Assembly (NCBI GenBank): GCA_028282585.1
Contig: JANQHR010000007.1
Span: 1 to 45,612 of the forward strand
From: Bacteroidales bacterium
Lineage (GTDB): Bacteria; Bacteroidota; Bacteroidia; Bacteroidales; UBA12077
Length of the DNA stretch: 45,612 nucleotides
Direction of reading: 5' to 3'
Part shown: positions 20,801 to 28,807 of the stretch, one piece after another
How positions within the stretch are numbered: position 1 is the first letter of the stretch
Layout of the letters: each line of letters begins with the position of its first letter
Notes under the pieces: generated by a model
Told to the model about the DNA's origin: nothing
Database searches by the model: none
Seen by the model: the letters and a program-made list of their open reading frames with translations, nothing else
Position numbers and translations under genes: made by a program

Positions 20801-21953
20801 CTTTATGGATAAAAAGGTCCCAACATTGGGTTACAGGCGCATCAATTTTGATAGGTTCATTATTTTCAAGAAAATATAAACCTTGATGCGTTGCAATGTA
20901 TAATGTTCCTTTAAATCTAATGGTAGATAAAACAATACCAGTCAATCCGTTTGATTCATCCCAATATGTAATTGGTGAATATGCTTCAACTTTAGATATT
21001 CCTTTATTTAATGAAAGCCATAGATCATCATTTTGGTCAATAAAAACATCATGTACATTATTTGATTGTAATCCATGTTCAGTGCTTAAAACTCTTTTTT
21101 TATTACCTTTTTTATCAATAAATAAACATCCTCCTGTATTTGTACTAATTATAAGCTCATTATCGTTTCTAACGGTTGAACGATATGCAAAATGTTTTTT
21201 TATATAATTACTTGCATTTGTATTTAAATATTTAAAGTTGATGATCTGATTGTTTTTAAGATTTAATGAATATAATCCCCTTTCATTATCAGCAAGGATA
21301 ATGGTACTTTCAATTTTTTCTGCAAGTTTAAATTGATAACCTGCTAGTTTTCTTCCACCATCTACAGCCGAAAGAGAATCTCCTTTTAAAGTCAATAATC
21401 CTTCACCCGAAGTGCATATATAAATCATATCATTATATACAAAATCAGATGTAATTGGTGAATTGGTCTGCCAATACTTAAAGCCTGTTTCATTCAGCCG
21501 AATCAAATATTTTGGACTTGTGAAATATATTTCATCATTGATTATGTTTATATTCCAAATGGTTCCAATTTTATTGCCAAGGCCCAAAGAATCATTTAAA
21601 GAAACAAATACTGTTTTCCCGAACTTATTTGTAGACAAATAGCCTAACTGATTAATACTTGAGGCATAAATAATTCCATTTTTATCTTTAGCGAATTTTC
21701 GAATGGTAACATTACCAGGAATTTCAATCATATTCCATGTATTTCCATCAAATTCCAAAATACCATTACCATTAGCTATATACATAATTCCTCTGCCATC
21801 CTGTATTGCTGCCCAATTTTGCGAATGCCCTTTATAGTCTTCTGCAGAGTAATTGATTACAAATGGCATTCCTATTTCGTTTTGCGCATGAAGGTTTGAA
21901 TTACATACAAGGATTATACAAAAGGACAAAAAAGAAAAGAGTGCCTTTTTCAT
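17802..21953 (-). CDS. Hybrid sensor histidine kinase: beta-propeller + Y_Y_Y sensor, TM, PAS, HisKA, HATPase, REC
   Basis: Propeller N-terminus like that of 9553..13242; YQYCLEGYNESW..YTNLHEGRYSFKV; PAS motif DNAITITDSKGTIEWINEGFTRMYGY; H-, N- and G-boxes; REC LMDIKMP. Confidence 0.95.
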   Translation of the reverse strand: MKKALFSFLSFCIILVCNSNLHAQNEIGMPFVINYSAEDYKGHSQNWAAIQDGRGIMYIANGNGILEFDGNTWNMIEIPGNVTIRKFAKDKNGIIYASSINQLGYLSTNKFGKTVFVSLNDSLGLGNKIGTIWNINIINDEIYFTSPKYLIRLNETGFKYWQTNSPITSDFVYNDMIYICTSGEGLLTLKGDSLSAVDGGRKLAGYQFKLAEKIESTIILADNERGLYSLNLKNNQIINFKYLNTNASNYIKKHFAYRSTVRNDNELIISTNTGGCLFIDKKGNKKRVLSTEHGLQSNNVHDVFIDQNDDLWLSLNKGISKVEAYSPITYWDESNGLTGIVLSTIRFKGTLYIATHQGLYFLENNEPIKIDAPVTQCWDLFIHKDTLSGNERLLLGATQGVFEVKNKELYHLIEEDVTFVFYQSRFKPNIIYFGSRNNIGVIEYKNGIFNYKGLISNTGISVRSIQEDKNGDLWVSTYRHELIRIISSDDLMNPEKIITYNIEDDLPSLKNILIYKFRDKLIFATENGLYDFNYESEKFISNKSFQNSFGNNKKDIFSFVEQKNGNIWLAQLSNENESIGIAIKNPDQSFFIYTAPFNRIPQMMVLSIYVENDQIAWFGGSKGLYRYDNNIKKDYNAEINTLIRKVSAENDSILFYGNYYEVIDDKSTFTTVQNNHLKHTLDYNRNSLSFYYAVPDYSNISSIEYQYCLEGYNESWSDWTTATKKEYTNLHEGRYSFKVRARNIYNKVSNEASFEFSVLPPWYRTILAYAIYALALFTFVYIIVRISNKQLKHRNESLEILVQKRTHEIEQQNEEILAQSDSLEKQNQELEKLSLIARETDNAITITDSKGTIEWINEGFTRMYGYTLKELEENNYKSLSDFSVSNNIHETIKYCLEYKQSKTYESLNHSKSGKNIWAQTTITPIFDEVDNVFKLIAIESDISKLKLAEMEILQQKDEIKAQRDFANQQKQFIEQQNIELEKHRNRLEQLVKERTIELEAAKNKAEESDRLKSAFLANMSHEIRTPMNAIVGFTSLLGDTELLNENKQDLINHIVHNSDTLLHLIDDIIDIAKIEAGQLNINKRNCAINKILIELFETFNEKKRILKKLDLEFILKPGIENNHFSVYTDPLRIQQILTNLLDNAIKFTEKGSIEIGYNLEDAIKDSFIVFYIKDSGIGLSKDQQSKIFTRFTKFENDRKKLYRGAGLGLAICKNLSNLLGGDIWVESEVNKGSTFYFNIPFIQKSEKEIQNKEQEDKTIDHDWSDKTILIAEDEESNFKFLEMALSKTKVKLKRALNGKEAIEKFQKNSIDLILMDIKMPHMDGLEATKLIRQMDNEIPIIAQSAFAMENDEKISIQAGCSDYISKPLNKNRLIQLISVFFDN

Positions 21954-22097
21954 ATATAAGCTGGTTTAGGTTAATGGCGTCTAAAAATTATTTAAAAAAT
22001 GCCTCAAAACCAAATTACCTGATTGTATTTAATAATTATTTGATAAGTATTAAGAAATGTGATTTAAAAGAATAAATATGATATGTAAAATTAATAA

Positions 22098-22295
22098 CTA
22101 CTGGTATTTATTTTCCGGCATTACAATCCATAAAATAATATAAACGATTATTCCTGGGAAAGCAACACTAAAAATACTTAGAATTAAATATAAGATTCTT
22201 ACCAGTGCTATATCCCAACCGAAATATTCTGCAATACCGGCACAAACTCCTGCAATTACTTGGTCATTCGACCTTATTAGCTTTCTTTCGTACAT
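22098..22295 (-). CDS. pspC: PspC domain-containing membrane protein
   Basis: KLIRS..DQVIAGVCAGIAEYFGWD..LVRIL...YIILWIVMP is the PspC signature. Confidence 0.88.
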   Translation of the reverse strand: MYERKLIRSNDQVIAGVCAGIAEYFGWDIALVRILYLILSIFSVAFPGIIVYIILWIVMPENKYQ

Positions 22296-22413
22296 TGTAA
22301 TATGGTATAAAGTAAAAACTATTTAAACCTTAATGTTGTTGAATAATCTAACACTAAAAACGATATAAATAAAAATATTACCTTTAAAATTCAAATTTAA
22401 TACATAAATTAAA

Positions 22414-24540
22414 ATGAGAAAAATATATTTATTTAAAAATCTAACTGTACTTCTTATAAGTTTAATGGTTATGGTATCATGTACTAATAATGTAAAAGTA
22501 ACACCTCCGGTTGCAAAGAAAATCTCAAAAGAATTAACTATTCATGATGACACAAGAATTGATAATTACTACTGGTTAAATGAAAGAGAAAATCCGGAAG
22601 TCATTGAGTATTTAGAAGCTGAAAATGAGTATACAAAAGCTATTTTAAGCCCTGCCGAAAAATTCCAGGAGGATCTTTTTCAGGAAATGAAATCTCGGAT
22701 AAAAGAAACTGATGAATCAGTACCTTATGAAAAGAACGGCTATTTCTATTATACGCGTTATGAAGAGGGCAAGGAATATCCGATTTATTGCCGCAAAAAA
22801 GGTTCATTAGAGTCTGAAGAAGAAATTCTACTGAATGTTAATGAAATGGCAGAAGGATATGAATACTTTAGAACAAGGGGTTTAAGTGTTAGCCCTGATA
22901 ATAAATTGCTAGCATATGGAGTAGATACCGTTAGCCGTAGAAAATATACAATACATATTAAAAATTTAGAGTCCGGAGAACTGCATAGAGACCAAATCCC
23001 TGTAACAACTGGATCTGCAGTGTGGGCTAACGATAACAAAACTTTGTTTTATACTAAAAAGGATGAAACTACTTTAAGATCTCATAAAATATTTAGGCAC
23101 ATTTTAGGCGAAGATTCTAAAAATGATAAGGAAATTTATCATGAGGCTGACGAGACATTTGGAACAAGCGTTTGGAGAACAAAGTCTGACAAATACATAA
23201 TGATAAGTTCTTACAGTACATTATCAGAAGAATATAGATTTTTAAGCGCAGATAACCCTTCAGGAGAGTTTAAGGTACTTCAACCAAGAGAACGAGGTTT
23301 GGAATATTCAGTTTCTCATTTTGGAGATTATTTCTATATTAAAACAAACCTGGATGCCAAGAATTTCAGATTAATGAGGACACCTGTAACAAAAACTACA
23401 AAAGAAAACTGGAAAGAAGTAATTCCACATAGGGAGGAAGTATTTTTAGAAGGCATGGCGCTTTTTCAGAATTACCTGGTAGTTGAGGAAAGAGAAAAAG
23501 GATTAACCAAAATCAGAATTATTGACTGGAATACAAATGAGGAGCATTTTGTTAAGTTTGATGAAGAAGTTTATATGGCTAACATTTCAACTAACCTTGA
23601 ATTTAATACTGAATTATTGAGATTTGTTTATGGTTCTATGACTACTCCGAGGTCAACGTACGATTACAACATGAAAACCAGGGAAAAGGAACTTAAAAAG
23701 CAACAAGAGGTTTTAGGAGACTTTGATGCATCTAATTATGAAACAAAAAGGTTATGGGCAAATGCTGATGATGGCACTAAAATTCCAATGTCAATTGTTT
23801 ACAGAAAGGGAGTTAAGTTAGATGGTAATAATCCTGCATTATTATATGCGTATGGTTCATATGGTGCAACCATGGAACCTTATTTTAGTTCGATCCGTTT
23901 GAGTTTATTAGACCGCGGGTTTGTATTTGCTCTTGCTCATGTAAGGGGAGGACAGTATTTAGGTCGTCAATGGTACGAAGATGGAAAGTTACTTAAGAAA
24001 ATTAATACTTTCACGGATTTTAACGATTGCGCTGAATATTTAATTGAGTCAGGTTATACAAATTCGGAAAAATTATTTGCAATGGGCGGTAGTGCAGGTG
24101 GATTACTAATGGGTGCGATAGTTAACATGCAACCAGAACTATATAAAGGTGTGGTAGCTGCAGTTCCATTTGTAGATGTTGTTACAACCATGCTTGATGA
24201 AAGTATTCCTTTAACAACGGGGGAATTTGATGAATGGGGAAATCCTAAAGATAAAGAATATTATGATTATATGTTATCATACTCTCCATACGATCAGGTA
24301 AAAGCACAAGATTATCCGGCAATGCTTGTTACAACAGGATTGCATGATTCACAAGTTCAATATTGGGAACCAGCTAAATGGGTTGCTAAGCTTCGTGAAA
24401 TGAAAACAGATGATAACGTTTTATTACTTCATACAAATATGGGAGCGGGCCATGGAGGAGCTTCAGGGCGTTTCGAAGCTTTAAAAGAATACGCTATGGA
24501 GTATGCATTTATTTTTCAGCAAATTGGAATAAAAGAATAA
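22414..24540 (+). CDS. ptrB: Oligopeptidase B (protease II, S9A family), probable lipoprotein
   Basis: PPVAKK..H.DTRIDNYYWL N-terminus, YGSYG, HVRGG, nucleophile motif GGSAGG, HDSQVQYWEPAKWVAKLR, AGHGG; N-terminal MVSC lipobox-like motif. Confidence 0.93.
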   Translation: MRKIYLFKNLTVLLISLMVMVSCTNNVKVTPPVAKKISKELTIHDDTRIDNYYWLNERENPEVIEYLEAENEYTKAILSPAEKFQEDLFQEMKSRIKETDESVPYEKNGYFYYTRYEEGKEYPIYCRKKGSLESEEEILLNVNEMAEGYEYFRTRGLSVSPDNKLLAYGVDTVSRRKYTIHIKNLESGELHRDQIPVTTGSAVWANDNKTLFYTKKDETTLRSHKIFRHILGEDSKNDKEIYHEADETFGTSVWRTKSDKYIMISSYSTLSEEYRFLSADNPSGEFKVLQPRERGLEYSVSHFGDYFYIKTNLDAKNFRLMRTPVTKTTKENWKEVIPHREEVFLEGMALFQNYLVVEEREKGLTKIRIIDWNTNEEHFVKFDEEVYMANISTNLEFNTELLRFVYGSMTTPRSTYDYNMKTREKELKKQQEVLGDFDASNYETKRLWANADDGTKIPMSIVYRKGVKLDGNNPALLYAYGSYGATMEPYFSSIRLSLLDRGFVFALAHVRGGQYLGRQWYEDGKLLKKINTFTDFNDCAEYLIESGYTNSEKLFAMGGSAGGLLMGAIVNMQPELYKGVVAAVPFVDVVTTMLDESIPLTTGEFDEWGNPKDKEYYDYMLSYSPYDQVKAQDYPAMLVTTGLHDSQVQYWEPAKWVAKLREMKTDDNVLLLHTNMGAGHGGASGRFEALKEYAMEYAFIFQQIGIKE

Positions 24541-24544
24541 CAAT

Positions 24545-24575
24545 TTAAAAGCCATCTGAATAAGATGGCTTTTAA
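24545..24575. terminator. Bidirectional intrinsic terminator between convergent genes
   Basis: Perfect 13-bp inverted repeat TTAAAAGCCATCT-gaata-AGATGGCTTTTAA between the stops of ptrB and the DUF4249-like gene. Confidence 0.85.
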
Positions 24576-24581
24576 TGAATA

Positions 24582-25385
24582 TTAATTAATAACCAGAGTG
24601 TCTAGGACAGAAGAGTATGCTGAAAAATACCCTAATGCTCCATTAGAAATATTACTATTAGGATTTGATGGTGTGGTTGAACCAGATGAAGGGCCTTGTC
24701 CGTCCCCAAGAATCGTAGACAAGGTGTTAAAATAATCATAAACATTTTCGTCTATTCCAAGAAGCTCAACTATCACTTCATCGGAAATTTCTACATCTTC
24801 CAGGATTGATCCATATTCAATATCATTTCCATCCAGTAACTGATCATCAATTACATGTATTTCACCGTCAAATTCAGAGTTGATATAATATTTAATTCTG
24901 TAATAATTTTCAATATTTTCAGTATCCATAAAATGAGCAAATACCGCATAATTGTCTTCATCACTTTGTCCTCCAAACCCTATGTCTATTTCTTCATATT
25001 CTAATGAATCAATGGTTGTAACCGGAGGCATATAAGAGGAAGCGGTGTATTCAACTCCATCAATGTTTACATATAAATCATATGTTCTGCCTTCTACACC
25101 CTGGAGATTTGCAGTTTGATATACTCCTGGTTCAACTTCGACAAGCGTTTCAAAATTACCTTCGCTATCGCTAATGTTAACAATGGAATTGCTTATTGCA
25201 GGATAACTAGAAGGTTCAAAATAATCCGTTGTTTGAGTTATGGTAACAGAAAAAGGACCTGCGCTATTTGTTATCACTCCTTCTATTACTATTTGAGGGT
25301 CTGCAGAGTTTAGGTCAACATCTATTACTTTTTCGCATGATGAAAAAAGTAATGTTATTATGAATATATAAGTTATTTTCTTCAT
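24582..25385 (-). CDS. DUF4249-like outer-membrane lipoprotein
   Basis: Lipobox FSSC followed by EKVIDVDL..PQIVIEGVIT; ENYYR; C-terminal PSNPNSNISNGALGYFSA; directly downstream of a TonB-dependent receptor. Confidence 0.85.
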   Translation of the reverse strand: MKKITYIFIITLLFSSCEKVIDVDLNSADPQIVIEGVITNSAGPFSVTITQTTDYFEPSSYPAISNSIVNISDSEGNFETLVEVEPGVYQTANLQGVEGRTYDLYVNIDGVEYTASSYMPPVTTIDSLEYEEIDIGFGGQSDEDNYAVFAHFMDTENIENYYRIKYYINSEFDGEIHVIDDQLLDGNDIEYGSILEDVEISDEVIVELLGIDENVYDYFNTLSTILGDGQGPSSGSTTPSNPNSNISNGALGYFSAYSSVLDTLVIN

Positions 25386-25391
25386 GATAAT

Positions 25392-27695
25392 TTAAAATTT
25401 AAAATTATATGTAATTGATGGTATCCATCTGAATAATGATAATTGAAGAGCTTCCGTAATGCCATCATCGTTTTCTTCAAAAGTAATTGTATAAGCATTT
25501 TCTCTCCCATATGCATTATATAATGAGAAATTCCAACTGGCTTCCCTTCCTTTCTTCTTTTGTTTTGTATACGTAGCTCCAATATCTAATCTATGGTAAT
25601 CTGGCATTCTGTATCCGTTCCTTTCGGTATAGTAATTAACAGTTTGCCCTTCTATTTCGTATTTTCCGCTGGGAAACGTAACCGCATTTCCGGTATAATA
25701 TACCCATGAAGCAGAAACATTCCATTTGGGGTTAAACTGATACATACCTACTATTGATATGTCATGAGTACGGTCGTATTTTGTAGGATACCAATCACCA
25801 TCATTTATATCATCAAACTGCTTTTCAGTTCTGGAATATGTATAGCTTAACCAACCTGTAAATTTACCTGTATTTTTCTTCAGAAGGAATTCAGCCCCAT
25901 ACGAACGACCTTTTCCAAAAACCAGTTGTGATTCAATAAAAGGATTTAAAAAAAGGTCAGCACCGTTTTCATAATCAATTTGGTTTTGCATGTCTTTGTA
26001 ATAAACTTCAACAGATGTTTCAATTTGGTTATCTAAGAAATTTCTAAAATAACCAAGTGATACTTGGTCAGAAATACCTGGTTCAACAATATTACTTGTT
26101 GGAATCCACGCATCCATAGGAGTTCCGGAAGTCGAGTTGGATACCTGGTGAATATATTGTCTGTTTCTTGAATATGAAAGTTTTAAAGAGCTTTTGTCAT
26201 CTATTAAATATGTGGCATTAAACCTCGGTTCAAGACCTCCATATGTTTTAATTATTTCATTGGATTTATATGTTGTTGTGTCAATTACATCTCCGCTATC
26301 ATCATACGAATAAATATCTCCCGGACCAGCTGCCATAAACATGGAATACCTTAAACCATATTCAAAACTTAATTTATCACTTAAATTCCATTGATGAGAA
26401 ATATAAGCTGCTGCTTCATATCCATAATCTTTGTCTTGATTAAATGAATCAAAGTTTTCATTACCCGAAACTTCTCCCGGAATATAAGTGTGATAAGTAA
26501 ATTTTCCTCCGAACTTCAAAGTGTTTTGAGGGTTTATAAAAAAAGTAAAATCTTCTTTTAAGTCAATATCATTAATTCCTGATGTGATAGTAAGTTCATT
26601 ATCACCAATATCAGAATTGATATCATAATCGTAATTACTAAATATTAAAGAACTATTAAGAAATAACCTGTCATTAAAAAGATGGTTCCAACGAATTGTA
26701 CCTGTTGAGTTGCCCCAATCTATTCCCATCATATCTTCAAAACTAAATATATCCCGACCAAAATAACCCGAAATATATAATCGGTTTTTATCATTAATTC
26801 TGTAATTAGCTTTTAAGTTTAGATCATAAAAATATAACGTTATATCATCATAGTCTTCTGTTAGTTTTAAAAATAGGTCAAGATAAGTCCTTCGGCCTGA
26901 AATAATAAAAGAACCTTTGTCTTTAACTATTGGGCCTTCTACCGTTAATCTTGATGATATTAAACCTAATCCGCCTGATACATCATATTCTTTCATGTTT
27001 CCTTCTTTCATTTGAATATCCAAAACGGATGATAGTCTTCCTCCATATTGAGCAGGGCCTCCACCTTTTATCATTTTCATATTTTTTATGGCATCAGAAT
27101 TAAATACAGAGAAAAAACCTAATAAATGAGATGCGTTATAAACAGTTGCTTCATCAAGTAAAATAAGATTTTGATCTGTTGTTCCTCCTCTAACTGTATA
27201 TCCACTATTTCCTTCTCCTGCTGATTTTATACCAGGCATAAGTTGTAACGTTTTCATTAAATCCTTTTCTCCAAATAAAACAGGTACTGCAGAAATATCT
27301 TTCGGATTCATTTTAACAACTCCCATTTCGGTTGATTTAATATTATGGTCTTTTTTTTGAGCAGTAATAACAATTTCTTCGAGTTGCTTCGTACTTTCTA
27401 CGAGCTCAACATTTTTAGTTTTACTCTCATTTAAATTAAGTAAGAACTCTTGAGAGTTGTAACCCATATAACTATACTGAATTGCATATTCACCTTCAGG
27501 GATAGTTAGAGAATAAAAACCATATACATTAGTAATAGTTCCTTTTTGGATTTCTTTAATAAAAATGGTAGCACCAATTAGTTCTTCTCCGTTTTTTGCA
27601 TCTTTTACATACCCACTAATGGTGAATTTGTTTTGAGTAAACCCATTAAAAAAGATTAATGTAAAAAGAACAAGTAAAAAATATTTTCTTTTCAT
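25392..27695 (-). CDS. TonB-dependent receptor with N-terminal carboxypeptidase-regulatory-like domain
   Basis: ISGYVKDAKNGEELIGATI..TNVYGFYSL; plug motifs GEKDLMKTLQLMPG, VRGG..DQNLILLD, YGGRLSSVLDI; C-terminal RMPDYHRLD and PSITYNFKF. Confidence 0.93.
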   Translation of the reverse strand: MKRKYFLLVLFTLIFFNGFTQNKFTISGYVKDAKNGEELIGATIFIKEIQKGTITNVYGFYSLTIPEGEYAIQYSYMGYNSQEFLLNLNESKTKNVELVESTKQLEEIVITAQKKDHNIKSTEMGVVKMNPKDISAVPVLFGEKDLMKTLQLMPGIKSAGEGNSGYTVRGGTTDQNLILLDEATVYNASHLLGFFSVFNSDAIKNMKMIKGGGPAQYGGRLSSVLDIQMKEGNMKEYDVSGGLGLISSRLTVEGPIVKDKGSFIISGRRTYLDLFLKLTEDYDDITLYFYDLNLKANYRINDKNRLYISGYFGRDIFSFEDMMGIDWGNSTGTIRWNHLFNDRLFLNSSLIFSNYDYDINSDIGDNELTITSGINDIDLKEDFTFFINPQNTLKFGGKFTYHTYIPGEVSGNENFDSFNQDKDYGYEAAAYISHQWNLSDKLSFEYGLRYSMFMAAGPGDIYSYDDSGDVIDTTTYKSNEIIKTYGGLEPRFNATYLIDDKSSLKLSYSRNRQYIHQVSNSTSGTPMDAWIPTSNIVEPGISDQVSLGYFRNFLDNQIETSVEVYYKDMQNQIDYENGADLFLNPFIESQLVFGKGRSYGAEFLLKKNTGKFTGWLSYTYSRTEKQFDDINDGDWYPTKYDRTHDISIVGMYQFNPKWNVSASWVYYTGNAVTFPSGKYEIEGQTVNYYTERNGYRMPDYHRLDIGATYTKQKKKGREASWNFSLYNAYGRENAYTITFEENDDGITEALQLSLFRWIPSITYNFKF

Positions 27696-27932
27696 GCGTT
27701 TGTTTTAAGTGATTATTGGTTTTTAATTGTCAATTTTAATTAGGTTATGGATTATTAAAAAATAAAATGAACCAATCGTATAAAAAGTCGAATCAAGTAC
27801 TTAATTTATTTAACAAAATAAATATTTAACTATTATTATCCGTATTGATAATTTGATGCATAGTTTTTAAAGATTCGTTAAAATATATTCAGGAAGTAAA
27901 TGTATAAGAAGAACCTTTTTGAATAAATTCAA

Positions 27933-27967
27933 ATAGAAGTAAAACAATTCTTTATAGAAGTAAAACA
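27933..27967. repeat. 14-bp direct repeat with 21-bp period
   Basis: ATAGAAGTAAAACA occurs at 27933-27946 and 27954-27967. Confidence 0.8.
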
Positions 27968-28669
27968 TTAATTGTTCGATAAATTGACTTTAGCATTTCT
28001 GTAGATAAAGAAAATTCCGGCTGAAATAACCATAAAACCTAAGATAAATAAGGGCCAAGGAAACGAACCGGGTATATATTCAACTGATAAATCGAACAAT
28101 TTATCGTCAAATGATGTGATTTTAAGTTCATTATTCGAGATATTTTTTATAAGAAATTTGCTAAAATCCCAAATAAAAGATATAAAAACAATTACTGAAC
28201 CAGAAATTAGAAATAACCAATTTTTACGTTTAAGCTTTACCTCAAAATTCGTTATTATTAGCGCGAGTAATATCATTAAAATTGATAACAGGATTGGGGT
28301 AATAACAGGTCCGGTCCACATTATTGGAAGAAGAAAAAGAACATCCCATATTAACAAACTTTCGGGCCAACCGAGAATTAAATAAAGAAAGACATAATAA
28401 ATGATATCCCATATCGCAAAAGAATAAATAAACCAGGCAAATCTTTGAGAAAAAGTATTACCTGCCAATGCACCTATCGATATTAGCATTATAATAGAAG
28501 CAAATTCTCTAATTAGTTCTGTTATTGCCAGGGGATTACTAATTGGAGTTAAGGGAAACTCAAAACCATTCGGGTAATAAAGTTCACGCAAATAAACAAC
28601 AACAGCTCCTTCGAAAATACCCATTGTAATTGCAAAAACGGTTACCCAAATTAAGGTTCGATTTTTCAC
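27968..28669 (-). CDS. Hypothetical integral membrane protein
   Basis: 233 aa, about 6 hydrophobic segments, motifs FEGAVVVYLR, ELIRE, WDIIYY, WDVLFLLP..W.GPV; GTG start. Confidence 0.8.
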   Translation of the reverse strand: MKNRTLIWVTVFAITMGIFEGAVVVYLRELYYPNGFEFPLTPISNPLAITELIREFASIIMLISIGALAGNTFSQRFAWFIYSFAIWDIIYYVFLYLILGWPESLLIWDVLFLLPIMWTGPVITPILLSILMILLALIITNFEVKLKRKNWLFLISGSVIVFISFIWDFSKFLIKNISNNELKITSFDDKLFDLSVEYIPGSFPWPLFILGFMVISAGIFFIYRNAKVNLSNN

Positions 28670-28770
28670 GTTTAAGGTTTTGGTTAAATCTACAAGTTAA
28701 TAGACTTAGTTTAATTAATCAAGAATTTTTATAACGTATAATTAGATTGCTAAATTGCCAGTTAAAATGT

Positions 28771-28778
28771 TAATTTTG
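28771..28778 (+). promoter_or_regulatory. Bacteroidota housekeeping-sigma -7 element upstream of mutS2
   Basis: TAATTTTG matches TAnnTTTG, 29 bp upstream of the GTG start; TTG at 28747-28749 is a possible -33 element. Confidence 0.55.
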
Positions 28779-28807
28779 CAAAGTTTCAAAAAACTAAAAT
28801 TAAACTA

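Noticed and set aside
9553-21953. Calling the propeller kinases classical Bacteroides HTCS / polysaccharide utilisation regulators
   Set aside because: No C-terminal AraC domain and no SusC/SusD or glycosidase genes adjacent.
2-21953. Apparent GC contrast between the adhesin gene and the kinase array as evidence of horizontal transfer
   Set aside because: Explicable by amino-acid composition (Gly/Ala/Thr-rich versus Lys/Ile/Asn-rich); no mobility genes or tRNA junctions, and I could not compute codon statistics.
9635-22075. Plus-strand ORFs opposite the kinases (9635, 11960, 13839, 16870, 20896, 21863)
   Set aside because: Antisense shadows of well-supported kinase genes.
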